19,738 nt of DNA. It comes from Phycisphaerae bacterium (GTDB lineage Bacteria > Planctomycetota > Phycisphaerae > UBA1845 > Fen-1342). The position numbers and the translations under genes are program-made. The notes under the pieces were generated by a model that did no database searches, was not told where the DNA came from, and saw only the letters and a list, made by a program, of their open reading frames with translations. Below are positions 8,309 through 16,748 of the stretch, piece after piece (position 1 is the first letter of the stretch; every line of letters starts with the position of its first letter). The stretch lies in contig JASFQK010000059.1 in assembly GCA_050115495.1 (NCBI GenBank), positions 1-19,738 of the forward strand. Direction: 5' to 3'.

Positions 8309-8413
8309 CAGCCCAGGAACGCGTCGTTGTGCGTCGCTGGTACGGGGAGTAGGTGGAATCAGCTCCGGGCTGGTGCCGGGGATCGACGGGCGGGAGATCG
8401 GAGAGCGAAGGCG

Positions 8414-10039
8414 ATGAAGACGGAACTGCTGCTCGGCGACGAGGCCCTGGGCTTGGGAGCGCTGCACGCCGGCATCGGCGGGGCGTTTTCGTACCCCGGT
8501 ACGCCCGCGACGGAAATCTTCGAGTTCATCCAGTCCCGCAACCGGGATGGTGCGATCTCGGCCCGGTGGTCGGCGAACGAGAAGGTGGCGTACGAGGAAG
8601 CCCTCGGCATGTCCTACGCCGGCAAGCGGGCCCTCATCTCCATGAAACACGTCGGCCTCAACGTCGCCGCCGACCCATTCATTAACTCCGCTCTCACCGG
8701 CGTGAACGGCGGCATCGTCCTGGCCGTGGCCGACGATCCGGGCATGCACTCCTCTCAGAACGAGCAGGACAGCCGTTACTACGGCGAGTTCGCCCAGATC
8801 CCCGTGATCGAGCCCGCCAACCAGCAGGAATGCTATGACCTGACCCGCCAGGCCTTCGACCTGTCGGAGAAGTTCAACCTGCCCGTGATGATCCGCCTGG
8901 TGACCCGCCTGTCGCACAGCCGCTCGAACGTCCACATCGGCGATGCGGGCAACGCGGCCGAACGGGCCCGCACCCGCCTGCCGCTCCCCGACCCCAACGA
9001 CTGGACGCTCGTGCCGGCGAACGCCCGCCGCCGCTTCCTGCGGCTGCTGGGCATGCAGGGCCAGTTGCGGGAGTGGTCGGACCATTGGCCGCTGAACCCC
9101 CTGACGCTCCGGGGGCCGAAGGGCATCATCGCCTCGGGCATCGCCTACAACTACGCCCGCGAGGCCCTGAGCGACGAAACCGATTATTCGCTCCTGCGGA
9201 TCAGCACCTACCCGGTGCCCGTGGGCCTGATTCGCCAGCTCCTGGCCCACTGCAACGAGGTCTGGATGCTCGAAGAGGGCTATCCGTTCATCGAGACCCG
9301 GCTCAACGGGCTGCTCGGCGTCCCGGGCAAGGCGATTCGCGGGAAGCTCAGCGGCGACCTGCCGCCCTCCGGCGAACTGACCCCCGACATCGTGGCCAGT
9401 GCCCTCGGCGAACTGTACGTCGAGCCGACCGCGGCCCTGGACGACCTGGCCAACCGGCCGCCGGCCCTGTGCCGCGGCTGCCCGCACGCCGACACGTTCA
9501 AGGCCTTGATTGAGGCGACGATCCGCGAGGCCGAGGCGATCCTCTTCAGCGACATCGGCTGCTACACGCTGGGCGTCATGCCGCCGTATAAGGCCGTGCA
9601 CTCCTGTGTGGACATGGGCGCCTCGATCGCCATGGCCCACGGCGCGGCGCAGGCCGGCGTGCACCCGGTGCTCTGCACGATCGGCGACTCGACCTTCACG
9701 CATTCCGGCATGACCCCGCTGCTGGGCGCCATCCGCGCCGACGCGGACATGACCGTGTTCCTGCTGGACAACGCCACCGTGGCCATGACCGGCGGGCAGG
9801 AGACCATGGCGGCGGGTGAGGACCTGATCCGCCTGCTGAAGGGACTCGGCGTCAACGAACAGCACATGCACATCATCGAGCCGTTGGGCAAGTACCACGA
9901 AGAGAACGTCAAGCTGATCTCCCGCGAGCTCAACCACCGCGGGCTGTCGGTGATCGTTGCCCGGCGGGAGTGCATCCAGACGGCGCGGAAGACGGTAGGG
10001 ACGGCCAAGAAGCCCGCGGCGGCTACGGCCGGGGCGTAA
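8414..10039 (+). CDS. iorA: Indolepyruvate/arylpyruvate:ferredoxin oxidoreductase alpha subunit (TPP-dependent), 541 aa
   Basis: LLLGDEA, SYPGTPATEI, WSANEKVAYE, MKHVGLNVAADP, ADDPGMHSSQNEQDSR, RPPALCRGCPH, DIGCYTLG, TPP motif GDSTFTHSG...LDN, VAMTGGQ. ATG 8414 with GGAGAG upstream. Confidence 0.95.
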   Translation: MKTELLLGDEALGLGALHAGIGGAFSYPGTPATEIFEFIQSRNRDGAISARWSANEKVAYEEALGMSYAGKRALISMKHVGLNVAADPFINSALTGVNGGIVLAVADDPGMHSSQNEQDSRYYGEFAQIPVIEPANQQECYDLTRQAFDLSEKFNLPVMIRLVTRLSHSRSNVHIGDAGNAAERARTRLPLPDPNDWTLVPANARRRFLRLLGMQGQLREWSDHWPLNPLTLRGPKGIIASGIAYNYAREALSDETDYSLLRISTYPVPVGLIRQLLAHCNEVWMLEEGYPFIETRLNGLLGVPGKAIRGKLSGDLPPSGELTPDIVASALGELYVEPTAALDDLANRPPALCRGCPHADTFKALIEATIREAEAILFSDIGCYTLGVMPPYKAVHSCVDMGASIAMAHGAAQAGVHPVLCTIGDSTFTHSGMTPLLGAIRADADMTVFLLDNATVAMTGGQETMAAGEDLIRLLKGLGVNEQHMHIIEPLGKYHEENVKLISRELNHRGLSVIVARRECIQTARKTVGTAKKPAAATAGA

Positions 10040-10155
10040 GCGGGTGGCCCGGACGGTGCCGGGTGAATGACGGGGATAATGGTCTGTCGCGCGGCCGTTG
10101 AGACCGGCGGTGCGGCGGACGTGAGAGGCAGTCAGCAAGGCAAGAGGGCAGGCTC

Positions 10156-13100
10156 GTGCAACAAAACCTGATTCTGGCGGGCGTCGGCGGACAGGGAATT
10201 CTCACCATCGCCCGGGCAATATCCACCGCCGCGCTGCGGCGTGACCTGACGGTCAAGCAGGCCGAAGTGCACGGGATGTCACAGCGCGGCGGGGCGGTGC
10301 AGTCTCACCTGCGACTGGCCGACCACGAGCTGCACAGCGACCTGATCCCCCTCGGCCAGGCGGACATCGTTCTGGCGGTCGAGCCGCTGGAGACGCTGCG
10401 CTACGTGCAGTATCTCCGCACCGACGGCGTGATCGTGGCCAGCACCAACGCCGTCGTGAACATCGACAACTACCCGTCGATCGAGCAGGTGCTCGAGCGC
10501 GTCGCCGCTTATCCGCGGCACGTCCTGCTCGATGCCGACGGGCTGGCCCGCAAGGCCGGCTCGGTCCGCTCGGCGAACATCATCGCCTTCGGGGCGGCGT
10601 CGCCGTTCCTCGAGATCGACGCCCAGGAGCTGGAAGACGGCGTCGCCGAGATGTTCTCCCGCAAGGGCCCCGAGGTCGTTGAAGTCAATCGCCGGGCGTT
10701 CCGCATCGGGCGCAACGCGGCGGCGGCCTATCGTGAAGCTCTCTCGCGCGGTCTGTCGTCGCGGGCGGCCCGCGAATGGATCGACCAGATTCCGATCGAG
10801 CAACTGGCTGCGGGCGACGTGCCGGCGGCAACCGTTGAGGCGGACACCGGCAAGGACCGCCTGACCGGCGCCGAGATCCAGGCTTTCGAGCGCTCGCTGG
10901 TGCGTGCGTACGAGGAAGGCCGGCGACAGCTCTACGAGCACGAGGTCTACAAGCTCGTGGAGATCGTCGGGGCAATCTCGCCCCCGCGCTACGTCTTCGT
11001 GCCGCGCGACGGCATGATCTCGGCCGAAGCGCTTCAGGCGTTTCCCGGCGACCGCGTCGTGCTGAAGGTCGTCTCGCCCCAGATCGTCCACAAGACCGAG
11101 GCCAAGGGCATCGTCTTCGCCCCGAAGGACCACAACGTCGTTAAGCGGGAGATCGATCGGCTGGTGGCCGCGCACCGCGAGACGGCCCACGTGGAAGGCG
11201 TGCTGGTCGTCGAGTTCGTCGAGCGGGCCGAGGCCGGCTTCGGCAACGAGCTGTTCGTCGGCGTGCGGGCCACGCGTGAGTTCGGCCCGGTCATCGCCGC
11301 CGGCCTGGGCGGCGTCGACACCGAGTACCTCGCGACGAAGATGAAGCCGGGCATCGCCGTGGCCAAGGCCTGTGCCATGGACACGACCGCCGAGCACTTC
11401 TTCGCTTTGTTCCAGCGGACGGCGGCGTACGACCTTCTCTCGGGACGGACGCGCGGGCATAGCCGCATCGTCTCCGACGGTGAACTGCTGCGCTGCTTCC
11501 GGGCGTTCATCTCGATTGCCCGGCAGTTCTGCGTCGATCGCGGGGCTGAGGGCCCGGACGTGGCCGAGCTCGAGGTGAACCCGTTCGCCTTCCGCCACCA
11601 GCGCATGATCCCGCTCGACGGCCGGGGCCGGCTGGAGACCGCCGCCAAGGGCCGGCCGCCGCGGCCGATCGACAAGGTGCAGCGGATGCTCGAGCCGCGG
11701 GCCGTCGCCGTGCTCGGCGTCTCCAAGAAGTCGAAGACGAATTTCGGCCGGATCATCCTGAACAACATCCAGGCCTGCGGCTGCCCGCCGGAGCACCTGT
11801 ACGTGGTCAAGGAGGATGAGACCGAGATCGACGGCGCGCCCTGCGTGCCCAACGTCGCCGCTCTGCCCGAGGTCGTCGACCTGCTCGTTATCGCGGTGCC
11901 GGCGGCGACCATGCCCGGCGTCGTCGACGAGGTCGTCAAGAGCAAGAAGGTTGGCGCGGCCATCATGATCCCCGGCGGCGTTGGTGAGACCGAAGGCTCG
12001 GAGGAGATTCAGCGGGCGACCCAGGCGGCCATCGACCGCGGGCGCGAGCTGCCCGACGGCGGCCCCGTCTTCCTCGGCCCGAACTGCATGGGCATCCAGT
12101 CGCGGCCCGGCCACTACGACACGTTCTTCATCCCGACGGACAAGCTCGACTCGCGCTGGACCGCACCGGCTCGTCGCGTCGGCCTGGTCTCGCAGAGCGG
12201 TGCGTTCATCATCGCCCGCCTGAGCAACCTGGAGACGCTCGACCCGGCGGTGTCGATTTCGCTGGGCAACCAGATCGACCTGACGCTTGCCGACCTGCTG
12301 GCGGCCGTCGGTACCCGCGACGACATCGACGCCATCGGCGTGTACGCCGAGGGCTTCGCCAATATGGGCGGGCTCGACTTCGTGCGGGCCGTGGCGGACA
12401 TCACCGCCGCCGGCAAGATCGTCGTTTTCTACAAGGCTGGCCGGACTTCCTCGGGCCGCAGTGCGGCGGCCGGGCACACCGCCTCCGTCGCGGGCGACTA
12501 CGACGTCTGCCAGGCGGCCGTCGAGAACGCCGGCGCCATCGTCTGCGAGACGTTCAAGGAGTTCGAGCAGATGCTCGAGCTGGCCACGGCGCTGCACGGC
12601 AAGAAGGTCGCCGGTCGGCGGATCGGCGCCGTCAGCAACGCCGGTTACGAGACGGTCGGCATGGCCGACAACGTCACGGGCGGCCGGCACCAGGTGGACC
12701 TCGCCCCGCTTTCCGACGAGACCCGCGAGCGGCTTGTTCAGTCGCTCACGAAGTACAAGCTCGACAAGCTGGTCAACGCCCGCAACCCGCTGGACATGAC
12801 GCCGATGGCGACGGACGAAGCGTACGCCCAGTGCGCGCAGGTCGTCCTGGACAGCCCGGACGTCGACGCCGTCGTGGCGTCGTTCGTGCCCCTCACGCCA
12901 GCGATGCTGACCACGCCGGACGAGGTGACGAAGTCGGGTTCTGTGGCCGAGCGTTTGGCGAAGCTGTTCGACGCGGCCGGCAAGCCGCTGGTCGTGAGCA
13001 TCGACTCCGGCCCGCGCTATGATGCTCTGGCCCGCGTCATCCGGGCGGCGGGCGTACCCGTCTTCCGCTCGGCGGACCAGGCCATGCAGGTCCTGGGCCG

Positions 13101-13221
13101 TTACCTCTGCCACCGCTCCGCCATCGTCGAGTCCCGCGAGGCCCCGGCCAACAACGCCGCCCCGCCAGGCGCCCCCGCCACCGGCGACCGCCGCGCCCGC
13201 CCGCGTCCGGTCAAGGCATAG
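10156..13221 (+). CDS. Fusion of IOR beta subunit (IorB) and ADP-forming acyl-CoA ligase (ATP-grasp beta, then CoA-binding alpha domains), 1021 aa
   Basis: aa 1-190: ILAGVGGQGIL, AEVHGMSQRGGAVQSHLR, EPLETLRY, NIIAFGA. ATP-grasp: VLKVVSPQIVHKTE, GVLVVEFV, EFGPVIAAGLGG, ELEVNP. CoA-binding/ligase: PRAVAVLGVS, FLGPNCMG, VSQSGA, SLGNQID, KAGRT...AAAGHTASVAG, SNAG, NPLDMT. Confidence 0.92.
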   Translation: MQQNLILAGVGGQGILTIARAISTAALRRDLTVKQAEVHGMSQRGGAVQSHLRLADHELHSDLIPLGQADIVLAVEPLETLRYVQYLRTDGVIVASTNAVVNIDNYPSIEQVLERVAAYPRHVLLDADGLARKAGSVRSANIIAFGAASPFLEIDAQELEDGVAEMFSRKGPEVVEVNRRAFRIGRNAAAAYREALSRGLSSRAAREWIDQIPIEQLAAGDVPAATVEADTGKDRLTGAEIQAFERSLVRAYEEGRRQLYEHEVYKLVEIVGAISPPRYVFVPRDGMISAEALQAFPGDRVVLKVVSPQIVHKTEAKGIVFAPKDHNVVKREIDRLVAAHRETAHVEGVLVVEFVERAEAGFGNELFVGVRATREFGPVIAAGLGGVDTEYLATKMKPGIAVAKACAMDTTAEHFFALFQRTAAYDLLSGRTRGHSRIVSDGELLRCFRAFISIARQFCVDRGAEGPDVAELEVNPFAFRHQRMIPLDGRGRLETAAKGRPPRPIDKVQRMLEPRAVAVLGVSKKSKTNFGRIILNNIQACGCPPEHLYVVKEDETEIDGAPCVPNVAALPEVVDLLVIAVPAATMPGVVDEVVKSKKVGAAIMIPGGVGETEGSEEIQRATQAAIDRGRELPDGGPVFLGPNCMGIQSRPGHYDTFFIPTDKLDSRWTAPARRVGLVSQSGAFIIARLSNLETLDPAVSISLGNQIDLTLADLLAAVGTRDDIDAIGVYAEGFANMGGLDFVRAVADITAAGKIVVFYKAGRTSSGRSAAAGHTASVAGDYDVCQAAVENAGAIVCETFKEFEQMLELATALHGKKVAGRRIGAVSNAGYETVGMADNVTGGRHQVDLAPLSDETRERLVQSLTKYKLDKLVNARNPLDMTPMATDEAYAQCAQVVLDSPDVDAVVASFVPLTPAMLTTPDEVTKSGSVAERLAKLFDAAGKPLVVSIDSGPRYDALARVIRAAGVPVFRSADQAMQVLGRYLCHRSAIVESREAPANNAAPPGAPATGDRRARPRPVKA

Positions 13222-13283
13222 CACCGCGGCAGCAACCTCCACGCTCCGCCCCGGCCACTGTAGCGCCGGCCTCCTGACGTCTT

Positions 13284-13309
13284 GTAGCGGCCGGTCTCCG
13301 TGCCGGCCG
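13284..13309 (+). repeat. GTAG-type REP-like element, family A copy 1
   Basis: GTAGCGGCCGGTCTCCGTGCCGGCCG: GTAG plus CGGCCGG/CCGGCCG stem; identical to 16408-16433. Confidence 0.85.
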
Positions 13310-13383
13310 ACCTCCGCGTCAGCCGTCGATCGCCGTCGACCGGTCGCTTCCGCTCGCGGCTCGGACTGTGGCCTCGGCGGCGC

Positions 13384-13413
13384 GTAGCGTCGGCCACGGG
13401 GGGCCGACGCTAC
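13384..13413. repeat. GTAG-type REP-like palindrome, family B copy 1
   Basis: GTAGCGTCGGCC-ACGGGG-GGCCGACGCTAC, perfect 12-bp arms. 13388-13413 matches 19520-19545 at 25/26. Confidence 0.85.
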
Positions 13414-13420
13414 CACGCCT

Positions 13421-13449
13421 GTGCCACTGGTGGCTTGTCCACCAGTGCC
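13421..13449. repeat. Palindromic repeat, family C copy 1
   Basis: GTGCCACTGGTGGCTTGTCCACCAGTGCC with stem CACTGGTGG/CCACCAGTG; 26/29 identical to 16652-16680. Confidence 0.8.
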
Positions 13450-13474
13450 GAATCCCTTCACCAATCGACGGCCG

Positions 13475-14863
13475 CTACGGCGCCGGCTGCGTCGTCGCCG
13501 CGGGCTGCGTTTCCGTCGCCGGTTGTGACGCAGGTGTCTCCGCCGGCTCTTCGCTCGGCGGATTCAGGATGAAGTCCGCCACCGCCGCCAGCTTCGCCGG
13601 CGACAGCCGAAATGCCGGCATCTGCGGGAACCCCGCCCGCTTCTTGCCGGGAGCCTTCGTCCACTCGATCAACCCTGCAGGATTGCCCGCGTAGAGGCTG
13701 CGCACCTCTTTCAACGGCGGCCCGACCAGCACGCGATCCTCCATATGGCACGCCGCACACACCTCGCGGAAGACGCGCTGCCCCAGCGGCTCCCCCGCGG
13801 CCAGCGTGATGCCCAGGTCAGCCCGAAGCTGCGCCGCCGACGCCAGCCGCCCAAGATCCTCGGCCCGTTGCTCGATGAGCGTGCGGTGGTCCGACAACGC
13901 CCCCTCGCGGTACAGGTGCCGCCCATACCCCATACAGACCACGGTGCCCGTCAGCAGGGCGACGATCGGCACAAACCGCCGCCCGATCCGCTGTTCGGTC
14001 GCCAGAATCTCATGCCATAACAGCACCATCGCCGCAATCGCCAGCGAAATGCCCGTCAGGAAGACCAGCAGCATCATCCAGCCCACGCCGCGCGACGGCA
14101 GCGTGAACAGCAGCACCGGACCCGCGACGAATTGCGCCAGCGTCGCCCAGAACGCCACCGCGTAGAACCCGCGCCGTAGCTCCGCCCGCGTGAACGTCTC
14201 GAACTTCTCTTCGACGGCGTAGCCCTTCCGCGTGAAGTAGATCGCCAGAAACAGCCCCGTCACCGCGATCGACGCCAGGAAGAAGTGGGCATAGCGCGGC
14301 AGCACGTTCGGCAGCGACACCGCCGACATGAACCCGCGCACGTCGAGCCACTTGTCCGGGAACAGCATGAGGTTGATATTCGTCAGGAAGATGAACGGGA
14401 TCAGCAGGAAGAGGATGGTGCCGAACGCCCCGATGGCGATGTGTAGCACCTTGAACTCCGCGAGCTTGTCCCACGAATACTTGTGCGCATACGTGACGAG
14501 AAACGCGGCCGTCACCAGCGGCACGATCATGATCCACACGCTGCCGGTCAGCGCGTTCGCCGAATAGAAGTAGATGGTATAGAGCACGTTGATTGCCAGC
14601 AGCGGCGCCACGCCCAGTACGACGGCCATGCTCTTGTTGACCGTGATCGTCTTCCCGATCTCGCGGGCCAGCCGGTCGAAGTCCGGCCGTTTCAGTCCGG
14701 CGATCTCGCACACGATGGTCAGCAGCGACCCGCCGACCATGAGGTTGATGAACAGGATGTGGGCCAGGAAGCTCAGGACGAGGACGGCCTCACCCAGCAC
14801 GCGGTCCACGGGCAGCGGGAGGGGCAGGTCACTCGGCACGGGAAAGGCGTTTGTCGGATCCAT
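13475..14863 (-). CDS. Multi-pass CydA-like (cytochrome bd subunit I superfamily) membrane protein with C-terminal class I cytochrome c, 462 aa
   Basis: About 9 hydrophobic segments; FLAHILFINLMVGG, RYAHFFLASIA, MGYGRHLYRE. C-terminal GQRVFREVCAACH...VGPPL...FPQMPAF (CxxCH plus distal Met). Confidence 0.8.
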   Translation of the reverse strand: MDPTNAFPVPSDLPLPLPVDRVLGEAVLVLSFLAHILFINLMVGGSLLTIVCEIAGLKRPDFDRLAREIGKTITVNKSMAVVLGVAPLLAINVLYTIYFYSANALTGSVWIMIVPLVTAAFLVTYAHKYSWDKLAEFKVLHIAIGAFGTILFLLIPFIFLTNINLMLFPDKWLDVRGFMSAVSLPNVLPRYAHFFLASIAVTGLFLAIYFTRKGYAVEEKFETFTRAELRRGFYAVAFWATLAQFVAGPVLLFTLPSRGVGWMMLLVFLTGISLAIAAMVLLWHEILATEQRIGRRFVPIVALLTGTVVCMGYGRHLYREGALSDHRTLIEQRAEDLGRLASAAQLRADLGITLAAGEPLGQRVFREVCAACHMEDRVLVGPPLKEVRSLYAGNPAGLIEWTKAPGKKRAGFPQMPAFRLSPAKLAAVADFILNPPSEEPAETPASQPATETQPAATTQPAP

Positions 14864-14917
14864 GAGATGTTTCCGTCAGGGGCCAGCACGGGCGAAAGCG
14901 ACGCGTTTGCAGCGCGG

Positions 14918-16339
14918 CTACCCGCCGCCGGCCGAGGCCTCCTCCGTTTGTGCGACCTGTGCCGTCGGCATCTGCACGCCGGCCTCCTGCGCCCCTTCAA
15001 TGCCCACCGACGCCCCCGGCAACCACAACAGGTACTCCGCCAGCGCCGTCATCTCGTCGTCGGTGCCCGGGAACGGCGGCATGTACGGCCGCGTGTTGTG
15101 CATCGTGCCGATGTAGCTCTTCACGATCGTCACATCCCACGGCGGCGGCCCGTACAGCCGCTCCAGCTTCGCCGTGATCGCGTTCACCCCACGCGTCGTG
15201 TGGCACCGCGTGCACGCGATGCGAAACAGCTCCTGGCCAGCGGCGACGCGGTTCGTATCCGTGATCGTATGCATCGGCACGTACGTCGCCCGCTTCAGCA
15301 GCCCCTGCTCCTTCAGCAGCGCCAATTCGTTCAGCCGCACGCCGTTGGAGTACATGTACCCTTCGATCACCGCCGGCTTGCGGATGAACTCGCGCACCCG
15401 CTCGAAATACCCGAGCTGATAGATGCACAGCACGAACGGCACCAGCAGCGCCACCCGCGGGAACCACCGCGGTGCCAACATTCCCCACAGCATCACGAGC
15501 AGCACGACCACCGCCGACGCCGCAATGACCCACGCCAGCGTCAGGTACCACCCTTCAAACGCCTGCGTCGCCAGCGCCACCGGAATATTCGCCAGCATCC
15601 CCTCCGGTATCACCCGCCAGTACCACGCCGACCCCGCCGCACACACCGGCGTCCACAGCAGCGTCCACACCGCGATGAATCGGATCACCCGGGGCCGAAA
15701 CAGCGTCTCCCGCTTCGTGAAGAAGAACACCAGCAGCAGCATGAACAGCCCCGCCGCGACCATCGCGTACGGCGTGCGGAAGAGCAGTTGCGGCAGGTAG
15801 ATCGGGTTGGCGATGCCGGTCAGCAGGTTCGGCGCCGTCGGCCACGCTCCGGAGTCCATCATGAACCCCAGAATCGCGACGATGATCGCCATCGTCAGCC
15901 AGGACATGACCGTCAGCGCCACGCCGGCGGCCAGGTGCAGCGGCTTCCACCGCCCGACCCAGCGGTGCCACGTCAGGAAGTACAGCAGGATCAGCATCAC
16001 CTCGCAGACGAAGACGATCCACTCGGTGAACCACGCCCAGAAGAACACGCGAATGAGGCTGCCGATGGCGTACGGATTGACCAGCGACGCCGACAGCCAG
16101 ATCCCTACGCCGGTGAGCGCCCCCAGCGACGTCGTGACGATGACGCAAACGAACAGCAGCTTGTAGGCGAGCCGGTCCCATTGCTCCTCCCCGCGTCGCC
16201 AGCCCCACCACTCGATCAGCACGATGAGCGGGGCGGCCCCGACGGCGAGGGCATGGTTGATATACACGTGCAGCACGGCGATCACGCCAATGAGCACCCG
16301 GTTACCGAAGAAATCCAGGTGAAAGACTGGAAAGTCCAT
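14918..16339 (-). CDS. Multi-pass CydA-like membrane protein with C-terminal cytochrome c, 473 aa
   Basis: ATG 16339 (MDFPVFHLD). AVLHVYINHALAVG, GALTGVGIW, WFTEWIVFVCEV, ILGFMMD, ERVREFIRKPAVI (CydA E.GRQPW-like). C-terminal GQELFRIACTRCH...PYMPPFPG. Confidence 0.82.
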   Translation of the reverse strand: MDFPVFHLDFFGNRVLIGVIAVLHVYINHALAVGAAPLIVLIEWWGWRRGEEQWDRLAYKLLFVCVIVTTSLGALTGVGIWLSASLVNPYAIGSLIRVFFWAWFTEWIVFVCEVMLILLYFLTWHRWVGRWKPLHLAAGVALTVMSWLTMAIIVAILGFMMDSGAWPTAPNLLTGIANPIYLPQLLFRTPYAMVAAGLFMLLLVFFFTKRETLFRPRVIRFIAVWTLLWTPVCAAGSAWYWRVIPEGMLANIPVALATQAFEGWYLTLAWVIAASAVVVLLVMLWGMLAPRWFPRVALLVPFVLCIYQLGYFERVREFIRKPAVIEGYMYSNGVRLNELALLKEQGLLKRATYVPMHTITDTNRVAAGQELFRIACTRCHTTRGVNAITAKLERLYGPPPWDVTIVKSYIGTMHNTRPYMPPFPGTDDEMTALAEYLLWLPGASVGIEGAQEAGVQMPTAQVAQTEEASAGGG

Positions 16340-16407
16340 GATTTGACTCAGCCTGCCCGAACGTGGCCCGCACACCCTGCGACGTCAGGTGCCATTGGTG
16401 GCGCCTC

Positions 16408-16433
16408 GTAGCGGCCGGTCTCCGTGCCGGCCG
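16408..16433 (+). repeat. GTAG-type REP-like element, family A copy 2
   Basis: 26/26 identical to 13284-13309, same orientation. Confidence 0.85.
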
Positions 16434-16597
16434 TCGATCACCGAAACGGCATCGTCGACCCACACGGTCTGTCGTCGGCAACTGGCGATGGTCGTCGGCG
16501 GTTGGCGATATCCGTTGGGGGTGGACATCGCCAGTCGGAACCCGCCGGTTGGCATCCGCCAGACCGCGCCGCAGCACCCAGCCCGCAGATGGCGATA

Positions 16598-16626
16598 ATT
16601 CTACGTCACCCGCCCCGCCGGGCCAA
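16598..16626 (-). promoter_or_regulatory. Putative sigma70 promoter of the cytochrome operon
   Basis: Minus strand TTGGCC (16626-16621), 17 bp, TAGAAT (16603-16598); implies a ~250-nt leader. Confidence 0.5.
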
Positions 16627-16651
16627 GGGGGCCTACCGGGCCCCCCGTCGG

Positions 16652-16680
16652 GTGCCACTCGTGGCTCGCCCACCAGTGCC
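16652..16680. repeat. Palindromic repeat, family C copy 2
   Basis: GTGCCACTCGTGGCTCGCCCACCAGTGCC, 26/29 identical to 13421-13449. Confidence 0.75.
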
Positions 16681-16748
16681 TTGGACGGCCCCACGCCTGC
16701 CCCTCAGCGCTTCTCGTGGCGCCGGCATGTCTTCCGCCCGCGTCAGGG

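Noticed and set aside
8069..10138. 689-aa minus-strand ORF
   Set aside because: Antisense shadow of iorA.
13260..13449. Possible CRISPR array
   Set aside because: Repeats are of different sequences, not regularly spaced, and no cas genes are present.
10279..13464. 1061-aa minus-strand ORF
   Set aside because: Antisense shadow of the IorB-ligase gene caused by high-GC codon bias; no motifs.
14483..16411. 642-aa plus-strand Arg/His/Gln-rich ORF
   Set aside because: Antisense shadow of the hydrophobic cytochrome genes.
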